Assembly (NCBI GenBank): GCA_964573245.1
Contig: CAZNJA010000009.1
Coordinates: 1 to 38,493 of the forward strand
Length of the DNA stretch: 38,493 bases
Direction of reading: 5' to 3'
From: an uncultured bacterium
Lineage (GTDB): Bacteria; CAIJMQ01
Part shown: positions 1-9,451 of the stretch, in pieces
How positions within the stretch are numbered: the first letter of the stretch is position 1
How the letters are laid out: each line of letters starts with the position of its first letter
Translations under genes and position numbers: made by a program
Notes under the pieces: model-generated
The model's database searches: none
What the model saw: the letters and a program-made list of their open reading frames with translations, nothing else
What the model was told of the DNA's origin: nothing

Positions 1-168
1 GCCGCCGAAACCTTAGGGTATAAGCGACCTAGATTGTGGAAATTTTTTAAATCAAAATATTATTTGTCAGCTGCGACACAACAACGGAGCAGCAACTTGT
101 TTTTTAAATCCGAAACCTTGACGGAATTGTATCAAAAATTGCGCTTTTTTTCAATCTTTTATTTTCTT

Positions 169-197
169 TTGTCGCAGGCGGCGGGAACTGATATAAT
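169..197 (+). promoter_or_regulatory. Putative sigma70 promoter of the rtcB-serS operon
   Basis: TTGTCG (169-174), 17-nt spacer, TATAAT (192-197) preceded by TGa (extended -10); 37 nt upstream of the rtcB ATG. Confidence 0.6.
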
Positions 198-234
198 AAG
201 CGAAAATTCCTAAGGGAAAAAAGGAATATTTTTC

Positions 235-1680
235 ATGGCGAATCTTAAAAAAATTGACGATTATAGATGGGAAATTCCCAAAGGATGTGTTGAAGGAATG
301 CGCGTTTCAGGAGTCATCTATTCTAATGAAGAAATGTTGCAGTCTCTTGAAAAAGAACAGGTAATGAAGCAGGTGGCAAATGTGGCGTGTCTTCCTGGAA
401 TCGTTAAGCATTCTTTTGCTATGCCTGATGTGCATTGGGGCTATGGTTTTGCTATCGGCGGAGTTGCGGCGACTGATCCCGACCAAGGAGGAGTTATTTC
501 CCCCGGCGGAGTCGGTTATGATATCAACTGTGGCGTACGATTGATTAAAACCAACCTAAAAGCAGAAGATATAAAAGGAAAAATTACGGGTTTAATGGAT
601 GCTCTTTTTAATAATGTCCCTTGTGGTGTAGGCGTGGGCGGAAAAATAAAAATTTCACCAGAGCAAGAAAAGGAATTGCTCAAATTAGGTTCCAAATGGG
701 CGGTAAAACAAGGATATGGCATAGAGGAGGATTTGGTTTATACCGAAGAAGGCGGATGTCTTGAAAGCGCAGAGCCTGATAAGGTAAGTAGTAGAGCTTA
801 TGAAAGAGGCAAAAGACAAAGCGGGACATTGGGATCAGGCAACCATTTTTTGGAAGTACAAAAAGTAGATGAACTATATAATGAGGAAAAAGCGAAAGTT
901 TTCGGCATAGAAAAAGGGCAAATCACGGTTATGATTCATTCCGGCTCCAGAGGACTCGGCCATCAGGTATGCGATGATAATTTAAGAGTTATGCAAAAAG
1001 CTGTTTCCAAATACGGCATCAACTTGCCTGACAGACAACTTGTAAGCGTGCCTGTAAATTCGCCTGAAGGGAAAGATTATTTTTCGGCGATGGCGTCTGC
1101 GGCTAATTATGCGTGGTGCAACAGGCAAATTCTTATGCATCTTGTCCGTGAAACTTTCCAAAATTTTTTTGGCAGGGATTGGCGGGATTTGGGAATGGAA
1201 CTTGTATATGATGTTGCGCATAATATCGCGAAATTCGAAAAACATAAAATAAACGGAAAAGAAATTCGTCTGTGCGTGCATCGCAAAGGCGCAACGAGGG
1301 CTTTCCCGCCAAATCATCCTGATATTCCTGTAAAATATAAAAAAACAGGCCAGCCGGTTATTATTCCAGGGGATATGGGAAGAGCGTCTTATCTTCTCGT
1401 TGGGACAGAAAAAGCTTTGCAGGAAACCTGGGGAAGCACCTGCCACGGGGCAGGAAGAACGATGAGCAGACATCAAGCAATAAAATTTGCCGAAGGACGT
1501 TCTATTTCAAAAGAAATGGGAAATAAAGGAATAATAATAAGAGCAAGAGACGAAAGAGCTCTTGCGGAAGAAATGTCCGAAGCGTATAAAGATGTGAATA
1601 TTGTCGTGGATATAGTACACAATGCAGGAATATCGCAGAAAGTCGCTAAAATGAAGCCTTTGGGTGTAATAAAAGGTTAA
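235..1680 (+). CDS. rtcB: RNA-splicing/repair ligase RtcB (long form)
   Basis: Motifs MPDVHWGYGFAIGGV, GVGYDINCG, GTLGSGNHF, HSGSRG, HRKGATRAF, STCHGAGR, EAYKD; 481 aa. Confidence 0.97.
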   Translation: MANLKKIDDYRWEIPKGCVEGMRVSGVIYSNEEMLQSLEKEQVMKQVANVACLPGIVKHSFAMPDVHWGYGFAIGGVAATDPDQGGVISPGGVGYDINCGVRLIKTNLKAEDIKGKITGLMDALFNNVPCGVGVGGKIKISPEQEKELLKLGSKWAVKQGYGIEEDLVYTEEGGCLESAEPDKVSSRAYERGKRQSGTLGSGNHFLEVQKVDELYNEEKAKVFGIEKGQITVMIHSGSRGLGHQVCDDNLRVMQKAVSKYGINLPDRQLVSVPVNSPEGKDYFSAMASAANYAWCNRQILMHLVRETFQNFFGRDWRDLGMELVYDVAHNIAKFEKHKINGKEIRLCVHRKGATRAFPPNHPDIPVKYKKTGQPVIIPGDMGRASYLLVGTEKALQETWGSTCHGAGRTMSRHQAIKFAEGRSISKEMGNKGIIIRARDERALAEEMSEAYKDVNIVVDIVHNAGISQKVAKMKPLGVIKG

Positions 1681-1703
1681 AAAAAGTCAATGTGAGGTAA
1701 ATT

Positions 1704-2981
1704 ATGTTAAAACTGGAATATATAAGAAACAACGCGGGTGCGGTAAAGAAAGCGATTAAAGATAGGAATGTCAAAGTAGATATAAACGGTTTGCTTGAAA
1801 CTGACGAACAGAGGAGAACACTTCTTGGCGAGGTGGAAACACTTAAGCATCAAAGAAATATACAATCAGATAATATCGGAAAGTTGATGAGTCAGGGCAA
1901 AGACACGGAAAAATTAAAAGCCGAAATGAAAAAGATTTCGGAAAGAATAAAAAAGCTCGATAGACAGATAAAGGAAACAGAAGATAAAATCAATCCCATT
2001 TTGCTGACTATTCCCAATGTGCCGCATTCTTCTGTTCCCGTCGGAAAAGATGCAAAAGATAACAAAGTAATTCGCGAGTGGGGAACCATTCCTAAATTCG
2101 ACTTCAAACCCAAAGACCATCTGCAGTTGGCAAAAGACATGGATATTATAGATTTCGAAAGGGCTTTGAAAATCGTCGGCAGTAACTTCCCTTTATACAA
2201 AAAAACAGGCGCTTTGCTGGAAAGGGCTTTGATCAATTTCATGTTGGATGTTCACACGAAAGAACACAAATACACGGAAATATCCCCGCCATTTTTAGCC
2301 AACCGTGCCACTATGACCGGAACGGGACAACTCCCGAAATTAGAAGAAGATATGTATCACTGCGAAGAAGACGATTATTTTCTTATTCCCACAGCTGAAG
2401 TTCCTTTAACTAACCTTCATGCAGGCGAAACATTCAAGGAAGAAGACTTGCCTATACGTTATACTGCTTACACTCCTTGTTTTAGAAGAGAAGCGGGCTC
2501 TTACGGAAAAGACACTAAAGGACTTGTGCGAGTTCATCAGTTCGACAAAGTGGAAATGGTAAAATTCGTGCGGCAGGAAGACTCTTTTGATGAATTGGAA
2601 ACGATGTTGAAAGACGCGGAAGATATTCTGCAAAGATTAAAATTGCCTTACCGCGTGATATTACTATGCACAGGCGATATGGGATTTGCCGCATCAAAAT
2701 GTTATGATATAGAACTTTGGGCAGGCGGACTGGGTAGGTATTTGGAAGTGTCTTCATGCTCAAACTGCACGGATTTTCAGTCGCAGAGAATAAACGTAAA
2801 ATATAAACAAAAAAACGAAGCAAAGCCGCTTTATCTGCACACTTTAAACGGCTCGGGAGTGGCTCTGGCAAGAACCGTAATTGGAATCTTAGAGAATTAC
2901 CAGCAACAAGATGGCTCTGTTCTTATTCCCGAAGTCCTGCGCCATTATATGAACGGGGAAACTAAAATCGAAAAAACATAA
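1704..2981 (+). CDS. serS: Serine--tRNA ligase
   Basis: N-terminal coiled coil, LIPTAEVPL, FRREAGSYGKD..GLVRVHQF, EVSSCSNC, HTLNGSG; RBS GAGGT. Confidence 0.98.
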   Translation: MLKLEYIRNNAGAVKKAIKDRNVKVDINGLLETDEQRRTLLGEVETLKHQRNIQSDNIGKLMSQGKDTEKLKAEMKKISERIKKLDRQIKETEDKINPILLTIPNVPHSSVPVGKDAKDNKVIREWGTIPKFDFKPKDHLQLAKDMDIIDFERALKIVGSNFPLYKKTGALLERALINFMLDVHTKEHKYTEISPPFLANRATMTGTGQLPKLEEDMYHCEEDDYFLIPTAEVPLTNLHAGETFKEEDLPIRYTAYTPCFRREAGSYGKDTKGLVRVHQFDKVEMVKFVRQEDSFDELETMLKDAEDILQRLKLPYRVILLCTGDMGFAASKCYDIELWAGGLGRYLEVSSCSNCTDFQSQRINVKYKQKNEAKPLYLHTLNGSGVALARTVIGILENYQQQDGSVLIPEVLRHYMNGETKIEKT

Positions 2982-3007
2982 CTTTTTCTAATCTATTATT
3001 TTAAAAA

Positions 3008-4333
3008 ATGGCTGATATTAAACCTTTTAACGGATATTTTTACAACCCTAAAAAAATAAAAAGTTTTTCGCAAGTTATCGCGCCCCCATATGATGTTATT
3101 CCGCCGGAAGAAAGAGAAGAATATTATACAAGAGGACATAATATCATTAATTTGACCCTCCCCAAAGAAATAGCGACTGAAGACAAATATGCCCATTCGG
3201 CTTCTTTGCTAAATAACTGGCTGAAAAATAACATTTTTATAAAAGACGTTCAAACATCTTTTTATCTTTATCATCAAAATTTCATTGCCAACGGAGAAAG
3301 TTTATGGAGAAAAGGTTTTTTCGCGCTTGTCCGGCTTGAAGATTTCAAAGACGGTAAAATCCTCCCTCACGAAAACACCCTTTCTTCCCCCAAAAAAGAC
3401 AGATTCAAACTTATAAACGCCACGCGCGCCAACCTTTCCCCGATATTTTTGATTTATTCGGACGAAAACAATCGGGTAATGGAACTACTCAAAGAGTACA
3501 GGGAGAAAACCGCTTTTGCGGATTTTGTCCCGCTGGTGAGAAAAAACGCGAAATACATTCAAAAAGGGTTCCCTCATCCGTTGGGTAAAAAACATACGAT
3601 TTGGAGGGTTTCAAAGCCGCAGGTCCATAAACAAATCCAAGAAATAATAAAGTCCAAAACGCTTTACATAGCAGACGGGCATCATAGATACGAAACAGCG
3701 CTTAAATTCTGGAAAGAAAACAAAAAGGATTCGCACAAATGGATTTTGGCGTATATTTCACCGATCGAAGACGACAGTTTGAAAATCTTTCCGGCCCATA
3801 GACTGCTAAAAAGATTTAGCAAAAATGAATGGGAAAAACTATATGACAAAGCAAGCGACTTTTTTTGGATAAAAGAATTGTCGCTTGATAATACAAACAG
3901 AACTTTTGAAACTATCAAAAAAGAAGGCGACAACAGGCACGTGTTCGGAGTGGCATATAACAACGGCAGCGAAATAAAAACAATTCTTTTGGTTTCTAAA
4001 AACGAGAAGAAATTACTGGGCAAAATGGACGGTCATTCTCCTGCATGGAAACACTTGGACGTTTCGGTCCTACATTCCCTGGTATTTTCTTATATATTGG
4101 GGCTTGATGAAAAACACTTACAGGATACATCTCAGCTTGACTATGAGGTCGATAGATACAAAACGTTGGAAATGGTAAAAAGCGGTGTTTTTCAAATAGC
4201 GTTTTTATTAAACTCGACTAAAGTGGACGAGGTCAGACTCGTCGCAAACAGGAAAGAAAGAATGCCGGGCAAAGCAACATATTTTTATCCGAAAGTTTCT
4301 TCCGGACTCTTTATAAATATTTTTGGTAAATAG
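3008..4333 (+). CDS. DUF1015 family protein
   Basis: IAPPYDVI, ILPHENT, LYIADGHHRYETA, MPGKATYFYPK motifs. Confidence 0.9.
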   Translation: MADIKPFNGYFYNPKKIKSFSQVIAPPYDVIPPEEREEYYTRGHNIINLTLPKEIATEDKYAHSASLLNNWLKNNIFIKDVQTSFYLYHQNFIANGESLWRKGFFALVRLEDFKDGKILPHENTLSSPKKDRFKLINATRANLSPIFLIYSDENNRVMELLKEYREKTAFADFVPLVRKNAKYIQKGFPHPLGKKHTIWRVSKPQVHKQIQEIIKSKTLYIADGHHRYETALKFWKENKKDSHKWILAYISPIEDDSLKIFPAHRLLKRFSKNEWEKLYDKASDFFWIKELSLDNTNRTFETIKKEGDNRHVFGVAYNNGSEIKTILLVSKNEKKLLGKMDGHSPAWKHLDVSVLHSLVFSYILGLDEKHLQDTSQLDYEVDRYKTLEMVKSGVFQIAFLLNSTKVDEVRLVANRKERMPGKATYFYPKVSSGLFINIFGK

Positions 4334-4338
4334 AAAAA

Positions 4339-4971
4339 ATGAAACTAAATGTTTCAGCAACGAGAATGGAGCTTTTGAGACTGCGCAAGAGATTAGATTT
4401 GGCGCGGCGTGGGTGTAAGCTTCTTAAAGATAAATTGGACGAACTTGTCGGGAAATTTCTAACCTTTGCGAAAAACGAAGAAACATTAAGGGACGAAGTG
4501 GAAGAAGACTGGCTTAAACTTCTTCACTTTTATCTATCGGCAAGAGGACAAGTTCCGTTTAACGACATAGGCGAAGCCTTTATTAACCGTAAGGATATGC
4601 TTGAAATAGAAAAAGAAGAACAATCGCTTTTTAACCTGCGGCTTCCTTTTTTACGCATCAAAGAAAACGCTGCCTATAAATTTATTTTAACGCAATATGG
4701 CATAAGCAATACTACAGGGGATATCGATTCCTGCTTAATAATCCTGGAAACCCTAACGCCAAAAATGTTAAAGCTGGCTTCGATAGAAAAGGCGATTTTG
4801 TTGACAGGCGAAGAAATCAAAAAAACACGGAGAAAAGTCAACGTTTTGGAATACAAAATGATACCTGACATAGAAGAAACTATTTCCTACATTTCTTTTC
4901 GACTCTCGGAAATAGAAAGAGACAACTTTATTCGCCTTATGAAAGTAAAGGAAAGAATAGAACATGGATAG
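4339..4971 (+). CDS. V/A-type ATP synthase subunit D
   Basis: N-terminal TRMELLRLRKRL..A.RG..LLKDK and C-terminal EIKKTRRKVNVLEY..IP...I...L.E.ER. Confidence 0.88.
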   Translation: MKLNVSATRMELLRLRKRLDLARRGCKLLKDKLDELVGKFLTFAKNEETLRDEVEEDWLKLLHFYLSARGQVPFNDIGEAFINRKDMLEIEKEEQSLFNLRLPFLRIKENAAYKFILTQYGISNTTGDIDSCLIILETLTPKMLKLASIEKAILLTGEEIKKTRRKVNVLEYKMIPDIEETISYISFRLSEIERDNFIRLMKVKERIEHG

Positions 4972-5704
4972 ATTTAAACATATCCCTCCCTCACCCGGTA
5001 CTGCAGTAAAAGAAAAAACGGCTGTAATTATTGCTGCGGCGGGCAAAGGTAGGAGAATGAATCACTCCCTGCCAAAACAGTATCTGCCCTTGGAAGGAAA
5101 ACCGATTTTGGCGCATACATTAATAAATCTATCAAAAATTGAGACAGTGAATTCTATGACTTTAGTGGTTAGCGAAGACAGAATTGACTGGTGCAAGGAA
5201 AAAATAATTGGCAAGTTCAATATAAAGAAAGTGGACAGAATAATAAGTGGAGGTAACACACGCAGCGAATCCGTCAAAAACGGATTGGAAAGTTTGAACA
5301 AAAACACCAAGATAGTCGCAATTCATGATGGAGTCAGACCCTTCATAACAACGTCTATTTTCAACAATATAATTAAACATACTAAAGAATTCGGTGCGGC
5401 TGTATGCGCTATTCCTTTAAGAGATACGTTGAAAAATGTAAGCGGAAAAAGCGATATTGTATCAACACAGGACAGAAAAGGTTTATGGCTTGTGCAAACG
5501 CCACAGGTTTTTAAGTATTCTTTGATAATGGAAGCATATAAAAAAGCAGAAGAAGACGGTGTTCAGGCAACGGACGATGCAGGCCTTGTGGAAAGACTAC
5601 CGCATCCCGTGAAAATAGTTGAAGGAAGTTCGTTCAATATAAAAATAACCACGCCCGAAGATTTGATTCTTGCCGAAGCCATCTGGGAAATAGGAAACTG
5701 GTAA
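4964..5704 (+). CDS. ispD: 2-C-methyl-D-erythritol 4-phosphate cytidylyltransferase
   Basis: AAAGKGRRM, PKQY, GG.TRSESV, IHDGVRP, QTPQVF, TDDA, NIKITTPEDL. Confidence 0.96.
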   Translation: MDRFKHIPPSPGTAVKEKTAVIIAAAGKGRRMNHSLPKQYLPLEGKPILAHTLINLSKIETVNSMTLVVSEDRIDWCKEKIIGKFNIKKVDRIISGGNTRSESVKNGLESLNKNTKIVAIHDGVRPFITTSIFNNIIKHTKEFGAAVCAIPLRDTLKNVSGKSDIVSTQDRKGLWLVQTPQVFKYSLIMEAYKKAEEDGVQATDDAGLVERLPHPVKIVEGSSFNIKITTPEDLILAEAIWEIGNW

Positions 5705-5884
5705 AAAAATCAAGAATGAAAAAGTAAAAGGTAAAATGACATATTAAAATTCAAAGTGAAAAACAAGATTATTGATACAGGATGCTTAATATTAAAAAGC
5801 CAATTAATAAAATTTTATTTGACTTGCTTTATCTTTTTAAATTTTTATATGTATATTTAATATTTAATTTTTGATATTTAATTT
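5705..5884 (+). repeat. Heptamer-arm inverted element, family A, empty copy between ispD and ispF
   Basis: A-rich arm 5705-5755 and T-rich arm 5835-5884; by eye about 42/50 and 44/50 identical to the reverse-complemented arms at 35375-35424 and 35281-35330. Confidence 0.8.
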
Positions 5885-5893
5885 ATTACTACT

Positions 5894-6370
5894 ATGTTAA
5901 TCGGATTAGGATACGACATCCATAAATTAGAAGAAGGCAGAGCACTTGTTTTAGGCGGAGTTGAAATCCCGCATTCGAAGGGGCTTTCAGGCCATTCCGA
6001 CGCGGATGTAGTAACGCATTCAGTATGTGATGCTATTTTAGGCGCTATGGGCGAAAAAGATATAGGCGAACATTTCCCCGACACCGACGCAAAATATAAA
6101 AATATTCTCTCGCTAAAACTTTTGAAGAAAGTGTTGGAGATGATGAAAAAGGAAAATCTTGCGATAAACAATCTTGATATAACAATTGTTGCGCAGGAGC
6201 CGAGAGTTTCGCCTTTCAGAGACGAAATCAAAGAAAAAATAAATTCGATAATAAAAATTCCTTTAGACAACATCAATATAAAAGCAACTTCGCCTGAAGG
6301 ATTAGGCGCTTTGGGAAGCGGCGAAGGCATCGCTTGTATATCCATAGTCAGTCTTATTGAGAAGAAGTAA
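5894..6370 (+). CDS. ispF: 2-C-methyl-D-erythritol 2,4-cyclodiphosphate synthase
   Basis: IGLGYDIH, GHSDADV, DIGEHFPD, NIKATS.EGLG..G.GEGIA. Confidence 0.97.
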   Translation: MLIGLGYDIHKLEEGRALVLGGVEIPHSKGLSGHSDADVVTHSVCDAILGAMGEKDIGEHFPDTDAKYKNILSLKLLKKVLEMMKKENLAINNLDITIVAQEPRVSPFRDEIKEKINSIIKIPLDNINIKATSPEGLGALGSGEGIACISIVSLIEKK

Positions 6371-6427
6371 CCAGTAAAAAATAACTACAAACTGGTTACT
6401 ATGAACTTCCGAACATAGCGAGGCGTT

Positions 6428-6546
6428 ATGGATAATTTAGAAATTGCAAAAATGTTTTCTCGTATTGCCGATATTCTCGAGATAAAAAATGATAATGTTC
6501 TTATCCTCTAGAGAAATTTTTGAAGAGTTTGAAAGAAAGAAAATAA
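6428..6546 (+). pseudogene. Remnant of PolX (DNA polymerase X/PHP): N-terminus joined out of frame to a probable C-terminus
   Basis: GAGG RBS, then 6428-6511 MDNLEIAKMFSRIADILEIKNDNV(LIL*), like the PolX start; a second frame 6502-6546 reads YPLEKFLKSLKERK*, like the end of PolX-PHP proteins. Confidence 0.7.
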
Positions 6547-6550
6547 AAAT

Positions 6551-7498
6551 TTATTGAGATTTGCCTATAAGATCGCTGGCAGAATTTATTTTGTTATGGA
6601 TGAGATAAGCTTCGATTTCTTTTAGGATTTGGAGTGAAGAATCGGGGGATACCAAACTTGCTGTTCCGATTGATACGGCTGACGCGCCTGCAAGCATAAA
6701 TTCAATTGCGTCTTTTCCCGCCATTATTCCTCCACAGCCGATTATTGGTATGCCTACGACTTTTGCTGCATCATAAACCATTTTCAACGCTATAGGTTTT
6801 ATCGCGGGGCCTGAAAGTCCACCTGTAATACCGCCCAAAAACGGTTTTCCCGTTTCCAAATCTATTGCCATTGCAGGTATTGTATTTATGAGCGAGACAA
6901 TATCGCAACCTGCTCTTTTACAGGCAAGCGCTATTTCGGTTATATCGTTTACTTGTGGTGTTAATTTGGCGATTATGTGGATGGATGTTGAGTTTTTAAC
7001 TTTTTTAATGATGTTGTAAGTTGCTCTGGAGTCCTGCCCGAAGAGCATTTTGTTTTTTAAATTGGGGCAAGAGAGATTAAGTTCAATCGCGTTTACACTC
7101 TTCCCGCCACCAAAACTTCGGCGGGCAAGTTCTTTATCTAAAATTTTTGCAAGTTCTGCAAACTCGTCTTCTGTTTTACCCGATATGCTTACGAAAAAAG
7201 GTATTTTTAATTTCTGTAAAAACGGAAGTTTTTCTCTGATAAATACTTTGATTCCCGGATTTTCAAGCCCTATGGAATTGATTATTCCGTTTTCTACTTC
7301 AGCGATTCGGGGCGGAGGATTGCCTTCTTTTGGATTTAAGGTTATGGTTTTGGTAGTGACAGCGCCGATTTTACTTAAATCTATAAATTTCGTTATCTCA
7401 TCTCCGAATCCACATGTCCCAGAGGCAAGAATAATCGGATTTTGAAGTTTTATGTTCCCCAATTTAACAGAAAGGTCCAGCTTCATATTTGGCTCCAA
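6551..7498 (-). CDS. pyrD: Dihydroorotate dehydrogenase B, catalytic subunit
   Basis: NPIILASGT, GNPPPRI, NSIGL.NPG, ELNLSCPN, GGLSGPAIKP; overlaps pyrK; carries a 9-aa insert. Confidence 0.96.
   Translation of the reverse strand: MEPNMKLDLSVKLGNIKLQNPIILASGTCGFGDEITKFIDLSKIGAVTTKTITLNPKEGNPPPRIAEVENGIINSIGLENPGIKVFIREKLPFLQKLKIPFFVSISGKTEDEFAELAKILDKELARRSFGGGKSVNAIELNLSCPNLKNKMLFGQDSRATYNIIKKVKNSTSIHIIAKLTPQVNDITEIALACKRAGCDIVSLINTIPAMAIDLETGKPFLGGITGGLSGPAIKPIALKMVYDAAKVVGIPIIGCGGIMAGKDAIEFMLAGASAVSIGTASLVSPDSSLQILKEIEAYLIHNKINSASDLIGKSQ
7103..7129 (-). repeat. 27-bp palindromic element inserted in frame in pyrD
   Basis: CCCGCC-accaaaacttc-GGCGGG-caag encodes LARRSFGGG; removal leaves DKE|KSVNAIEL. 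Confidence 0.75.
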
Positions 7499-8286
7499 TC
7501 TATTTCTTCTGCGTCAAAAACGGGTCCGTCCTTGCATACTTTTTTGTATCCTTGTTTTGTTTTCACAACGCAGGCGTTGCATATTCCTATCCCGCATCCC
7601 ATAAACTGTTCAAAAGAAACCTGGCAGGGAATTTTATATTTTTCAGATAAAAGAGCAACTTCTTTCAACATCCCTTTCGGACCGCAAGTATAGACGATGG
7701 ACGACGGACGATGCCCGCCTGCCAAATATTGTCGGGCAGGGACGATGGAAGACACTTTCTTTTTAAATAAGTCGCTGACGAGCCCTTTATAACCTAAACT
7801 ACCGTCCTCGGTGGCAATATGTATTTCTGCTCCCAATTTTTTGAGTTTATCAGCACAGAGAATTTCATCTTTTGTTTTCGCGCCTAAAAAAATTGTTATC
7901 GGTAATTTCGCTAATTTTTCAGCAAGAAAAAGTAACGGCACTATTCCTATCCCTCCTGCGACGAGTATCGCAGTTTTTGTATTCTTCAACTTAAATCCAT
8001 TCCCAAGCGGGCCTAAACAATCAAGTTTTTCTCCCTTTTTTCTTTGTGATAGCCAGTGTGTGCCTTTTCCAACAACCTTATACAAAATTTCTACGTATTT
8101 TTTGTCTATTACCTCGTGGATACTTAATGGTCTGCGCAATAAAGGGTTATTACTCGTAGAGCATCTTATATGTAGGAATTGTCCCGGAGATGATTTTTTT
8201 GCTATTTCTGGGGACTCAAGTTTCATAAAGAAATAATGAGAAAGAATTTCGGTATTGGCTATTATTGAAAATGCTTTCCTGAACAT
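7483..8286 (-). CDS. pyrK: Dihydroorotate dehydrogenase electron transfer subunit
   Basis: PGQF, LRRPLSI, GPLGNGF, AGGIG, CGP, MGCGIGICNAC...VCKDGPVF [2Fe-2S] motif. Confidence 0.95.
   Translation of the reverse strand: MFRKAFSIIANTEILSHYFFMKLESPEIAKKSSPGQFLHIRCSTSNNPLLRRPLSIHEVIDKKYVEILYKVVGKGTHWLSQRKKGEKLDCLGPLGNGFKLKNTKTAILVAGGIGIVPLLFLAEKLAKLPITIFLGAKTKDEILCADKLKKLGAEIHIATEDGSLGYKGLVSDLFKKKVSSIVPARQYLAGGHRPSSIVYTCGPKGMLKEVALLSEKYKIPCQVSFEQFMGCGIGICNACVVKTKQGYKKVCKDGPVFDAEEIDWSQI
7693..7754 (-). repeat. GACGATG heptamer tract interrupted by a 27-bp palindromic element, in frame in pyrK
   Basis: gacgatg gacgacg gacgatg [cccgcctgccaaatattgtcgggcagg 7714-7740] gacgatg gaagaca; encodes VSSIV-PARQYLAGG-HRPSSIV. 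Confidence 0.8.
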
Positions 8287-8387
8287 ATCAATTAAGGCTC
8301 AAATCATTTATAAATCAGAAGCGATTACATGTTTATAAATTTTCGCTTCGTATTCTATCATTAGAAACAAAGAAAAAATCCAAAATT

Positions 8388-8419
8388 CACCCCGCTGGAG
8401 TATAAACTCCAGCGGGGTG
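8388..8419 (-). terminator. Perfect 14-bp hairpin downstream of the prepilin-like gene pair
   Basis: caccccgctggagt-ataa-actccagcggggtg, followed on the minus strand by aattttggatttttt. Confidence 0.75.
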
Positions 8420-8448
8420 CTTAAAAATGTGAAGGCCATCGGAGATTC

Positions 8449-9369
8449 TCAGAAAGGAGAATAAAAGTAATCAAAGGCATTCGCCGGGATAGAATAGACA
8501 AAGCGATATTCTCCGTAAGTAGGAACTTCCCTTACCTTAAATCCCCAGTGATAATATCTCAAGTCGCCATGATCTACTATAGATGGCAATTGCACGTGAT
8601 TAATCCATTTTACCGCACCGTCTATAAACCAGACATTGCTTCCCTCGGTTTTGCCATGGTTAGAGTACCACATTCTGCGCGGTCCCTGGTTACCATCAGG
8701 GTTATCGTCAAAATCAAGCCAATAGAATCCACCCTGGCTTCTTAGAAAGTCATCGATGTTACGGCTTGGAATCGAAACCCCATTGGCTCTATCCATCATC
8801 ATTGCTATGGACTTTCCTCCTGTCTGGGTAGTAACTCTTTGTGAAATGCCTCGTGCTGTCGCGCTTGATTGAGCACACTGCACAGCATAGGACAAGTGAG
8901 GAACCGTGTTTGCGCTACCTGACGGGCAACGGTTTGTTGCAAAACATCTTTCCATCTCTTCAGTAACAAGGTAGTCGTTACCAGCGCCTATATTGTGTTT
9001 GGCTGGGTCCACCGGCACCGCTCTTGATATAGGGTCACTGGGACAGATAAATATGTTCCAATCTCTTGTATAGTCAGGATATAACTGTGCCAAAGTGGCT
9101 CCCGCTCTGGTTCGGGCGTCATTAAACAAATTACTGCGCGGATATGGAAACCATTCTCTGTTATCTCCTGTATACATATGCATTGCCAGACCAATATCTT
9201 TCAGATTTGCTGAACAGGTTGCTCTGCTTGCGAGTTCTTTTGCTCTTTGCAAAGACGGCAGTATAATCGCAGCCAAAATACCGATAATCGCTACTACCAC
9301 CAATAACTCGACAAGTGTAAAGCCAACCGAAAAATCATCCTTTTTTCTTCTGATTAACTTTTTCATCAT
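8449..9369 (-). CDS. Prepilin-type N-terminal cleavage/methylation protein, DUF1559-like with H-X9-DG-type tail
   Basis: [26 protein letters not shown]...[30 protein letters not shown]. Confidence 0.88.
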   Translation of the reverse strand: MMKKLIRRKKDDFSVGFTLVELLVVVAIIGILAAIILPSLQRAKELASRATCSANLKDIGLAMHMYTGDNREWFPYPRSNLFNDARTRAGATLAQLYPDYTRDWNIFICPSDPISRAVPVDPAKHNIGAGNDYLVTEEMERCFATNRCPSGSANTVPHLSYAVQCAQSSATARGISQRVTTQTGGKSIAMMMDRANGVSIPSRNIDDFLRSQGGFYWLDFDDNPDGNQGPRRMWYSNHGKTEGSNVWFIDGAVKWINHVQLPSIVDHGDLRYYHWGFKVREVPTYGEYRFVYSIPANAFDYFYSPF

Positions 9370-9451
9370 TCTTCATTCACCTCCTTTATCTGTAAGCATT
9401 GTTTAACAACTATACTTTAAGACCTCCACATTTTTTTATCAATTTCAATTT

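Noticed and set aside
1-130. Possible ncRNA or leader at the window edge (ccgaaacctt occurs twice)
   Set aside because: Truncated, no recognisable family, and only a 10-nt repeat.
3527-3586. Possible palindromic in-frame insert in the DUF1015 gene (VPLVRKNAKYIQKGFPHPLG)
   Set aside because: Pairing is weak and it matches none of the families above; it needs an orthologue alignment.
8306-8349. PyrR-type attenuator or operator upstream of pyrK
   Set aside because: Only a 7-bp stem (gaagcga/tcgcttc) and AT-rich palindromes; no PyrR binding-loop consensus.
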